A stretch of 61,724 nucleotides of DNA, counting the filler, from Sphacelaria rigidula (Eukaryota): assembly GCA_964200075.2 (NCBI GenBank). It is 9 parts of 9 records of this genome, joined end to end, with 100 filler letters (N's around TTAATTAATTAA, not from the genome) between each part and the next. Parts side by side here need not be neighbours in the genome. Positions count along the whole stretch, not along the records: positions 54,957 to 61,724 come from CAXNAA020018173.1; 8 more parts are not named here. One strand, written 5' to 3'. Below the pieces are notes generated by a model that worked only from the letters and a program-made list of their open reading frames with translations, was not told where the DNA came from and searched no databases. Every line of letters starts with the position of its first letter. Positions within the stretch are counted from its first letter, which is position 1. This document shows positions 61,001 through 61,724 of this stretch, one piece after another. A program made the position numbers and the translations under genes.

Positions 61001-61724
61001 GAGTAAAATGCGATTGAAAAATCACAGCTGTCGCATACTTGACCTAGGTAACTTGGGATGCAGCGTGTGTTCTGTTCGGCAGAGGTTCAGCAGAGGTTCA
61101 GCAGAGGTTCGGCACAGGTCCGACCAGTCTATGACGGCTTCATGATTCCTCATTATTCCTCCGCGTTTTTTTTTATCGTTTGTTGCCCACGGATTTCTGG
61201 TCGCTAGGGCCTTCATTCACGGGCGTAACAGGGGTAGTGCCGAGATTATGTGATCCCGGCCATTTTTGCCGCCCGCTTGACTCTCGCAACTTCATTTTCT
61301 TGTGGTGGCTCGACACTGGATCGAACTCACGACTTTCCGAGCCTGCTCCTTGCGACAAGTGGGAAAATGTTCCGTCGTCAATATCTCACCAAAAAAAAAA
61401 ACGTTAGAGAGGGAAAATGGGGTCTTCGCACGTACGTCCAGTACATCGTGTCGAAATTTCGAAAATTCATGGTAAATGACACAAAATTGAGAAATATGAC
61501 GGCGTCCTAGGGTCGAAAACCGGTTCCCATGAGGAGATGGACCAGCCACGACGGAAACAGAAAAACTCTGAACCGCGGTAACGCAGTTCAATTCAAGTTG
61601 TTTTCCCTCAAATTTTGGCATGATGTATTTGCGCTACGTTCAAAGACCCTCATTTCACCCCCCCCCCCACCACCCCAACTCCACCCACACACCTACACAT
61701 CCATCCCCTCAGCTCATCCTCATT

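Overview
Eukaryotic, intron- and repeat-rich nuclear DNA, most likely from a brown alga (Phaeophyceae). This is inferred from short GT-AG exons in long repeat-filled introns, ~50% GC and a signal-peptide+Phe plastid presequence. The window is not one locus. It is nine contigs sorted by length (6770 x4, 6769 x4, 6768 bp) joined by artificial N44-TTAATTAATTAA-N44 linkers, so no synteny should be read across linkers. Recognisable coding pieces are: a PDZ-domain gene end, four exons of exocyst SEC3, a MORN-repeat exon, exon 1 of an ExoIII-family AP endonuclease head-to-head with a putative thylakoid-lumen protein, and a decayed Ty3/Gypsy pol (RT-RNaseH-integrase-chromodomain plus an extra Tudor-like domain). 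The non-coding DNA holds two tRNA-headed SINE families, an abundant modular dispersed repeat, a shared retro-type 3' tail linked to microsatellites, a piggyBac-type MITE, an 8-bp-TSD element filled with GAGCT repeats, and several foldback elements. The most striking unexplained feature is a ~1.37-kb, largely ORF-free segment (25574-26948) that folds by eye into a nested multi-branched structure. Its ends pair and its inner stems are G.U-biased on the + strand, making it a candidate large structured RNA, hairpin-RNA locus or RNA-mobilised element. All alignments and folds were done by eye, and repeat boundaries are approximate.
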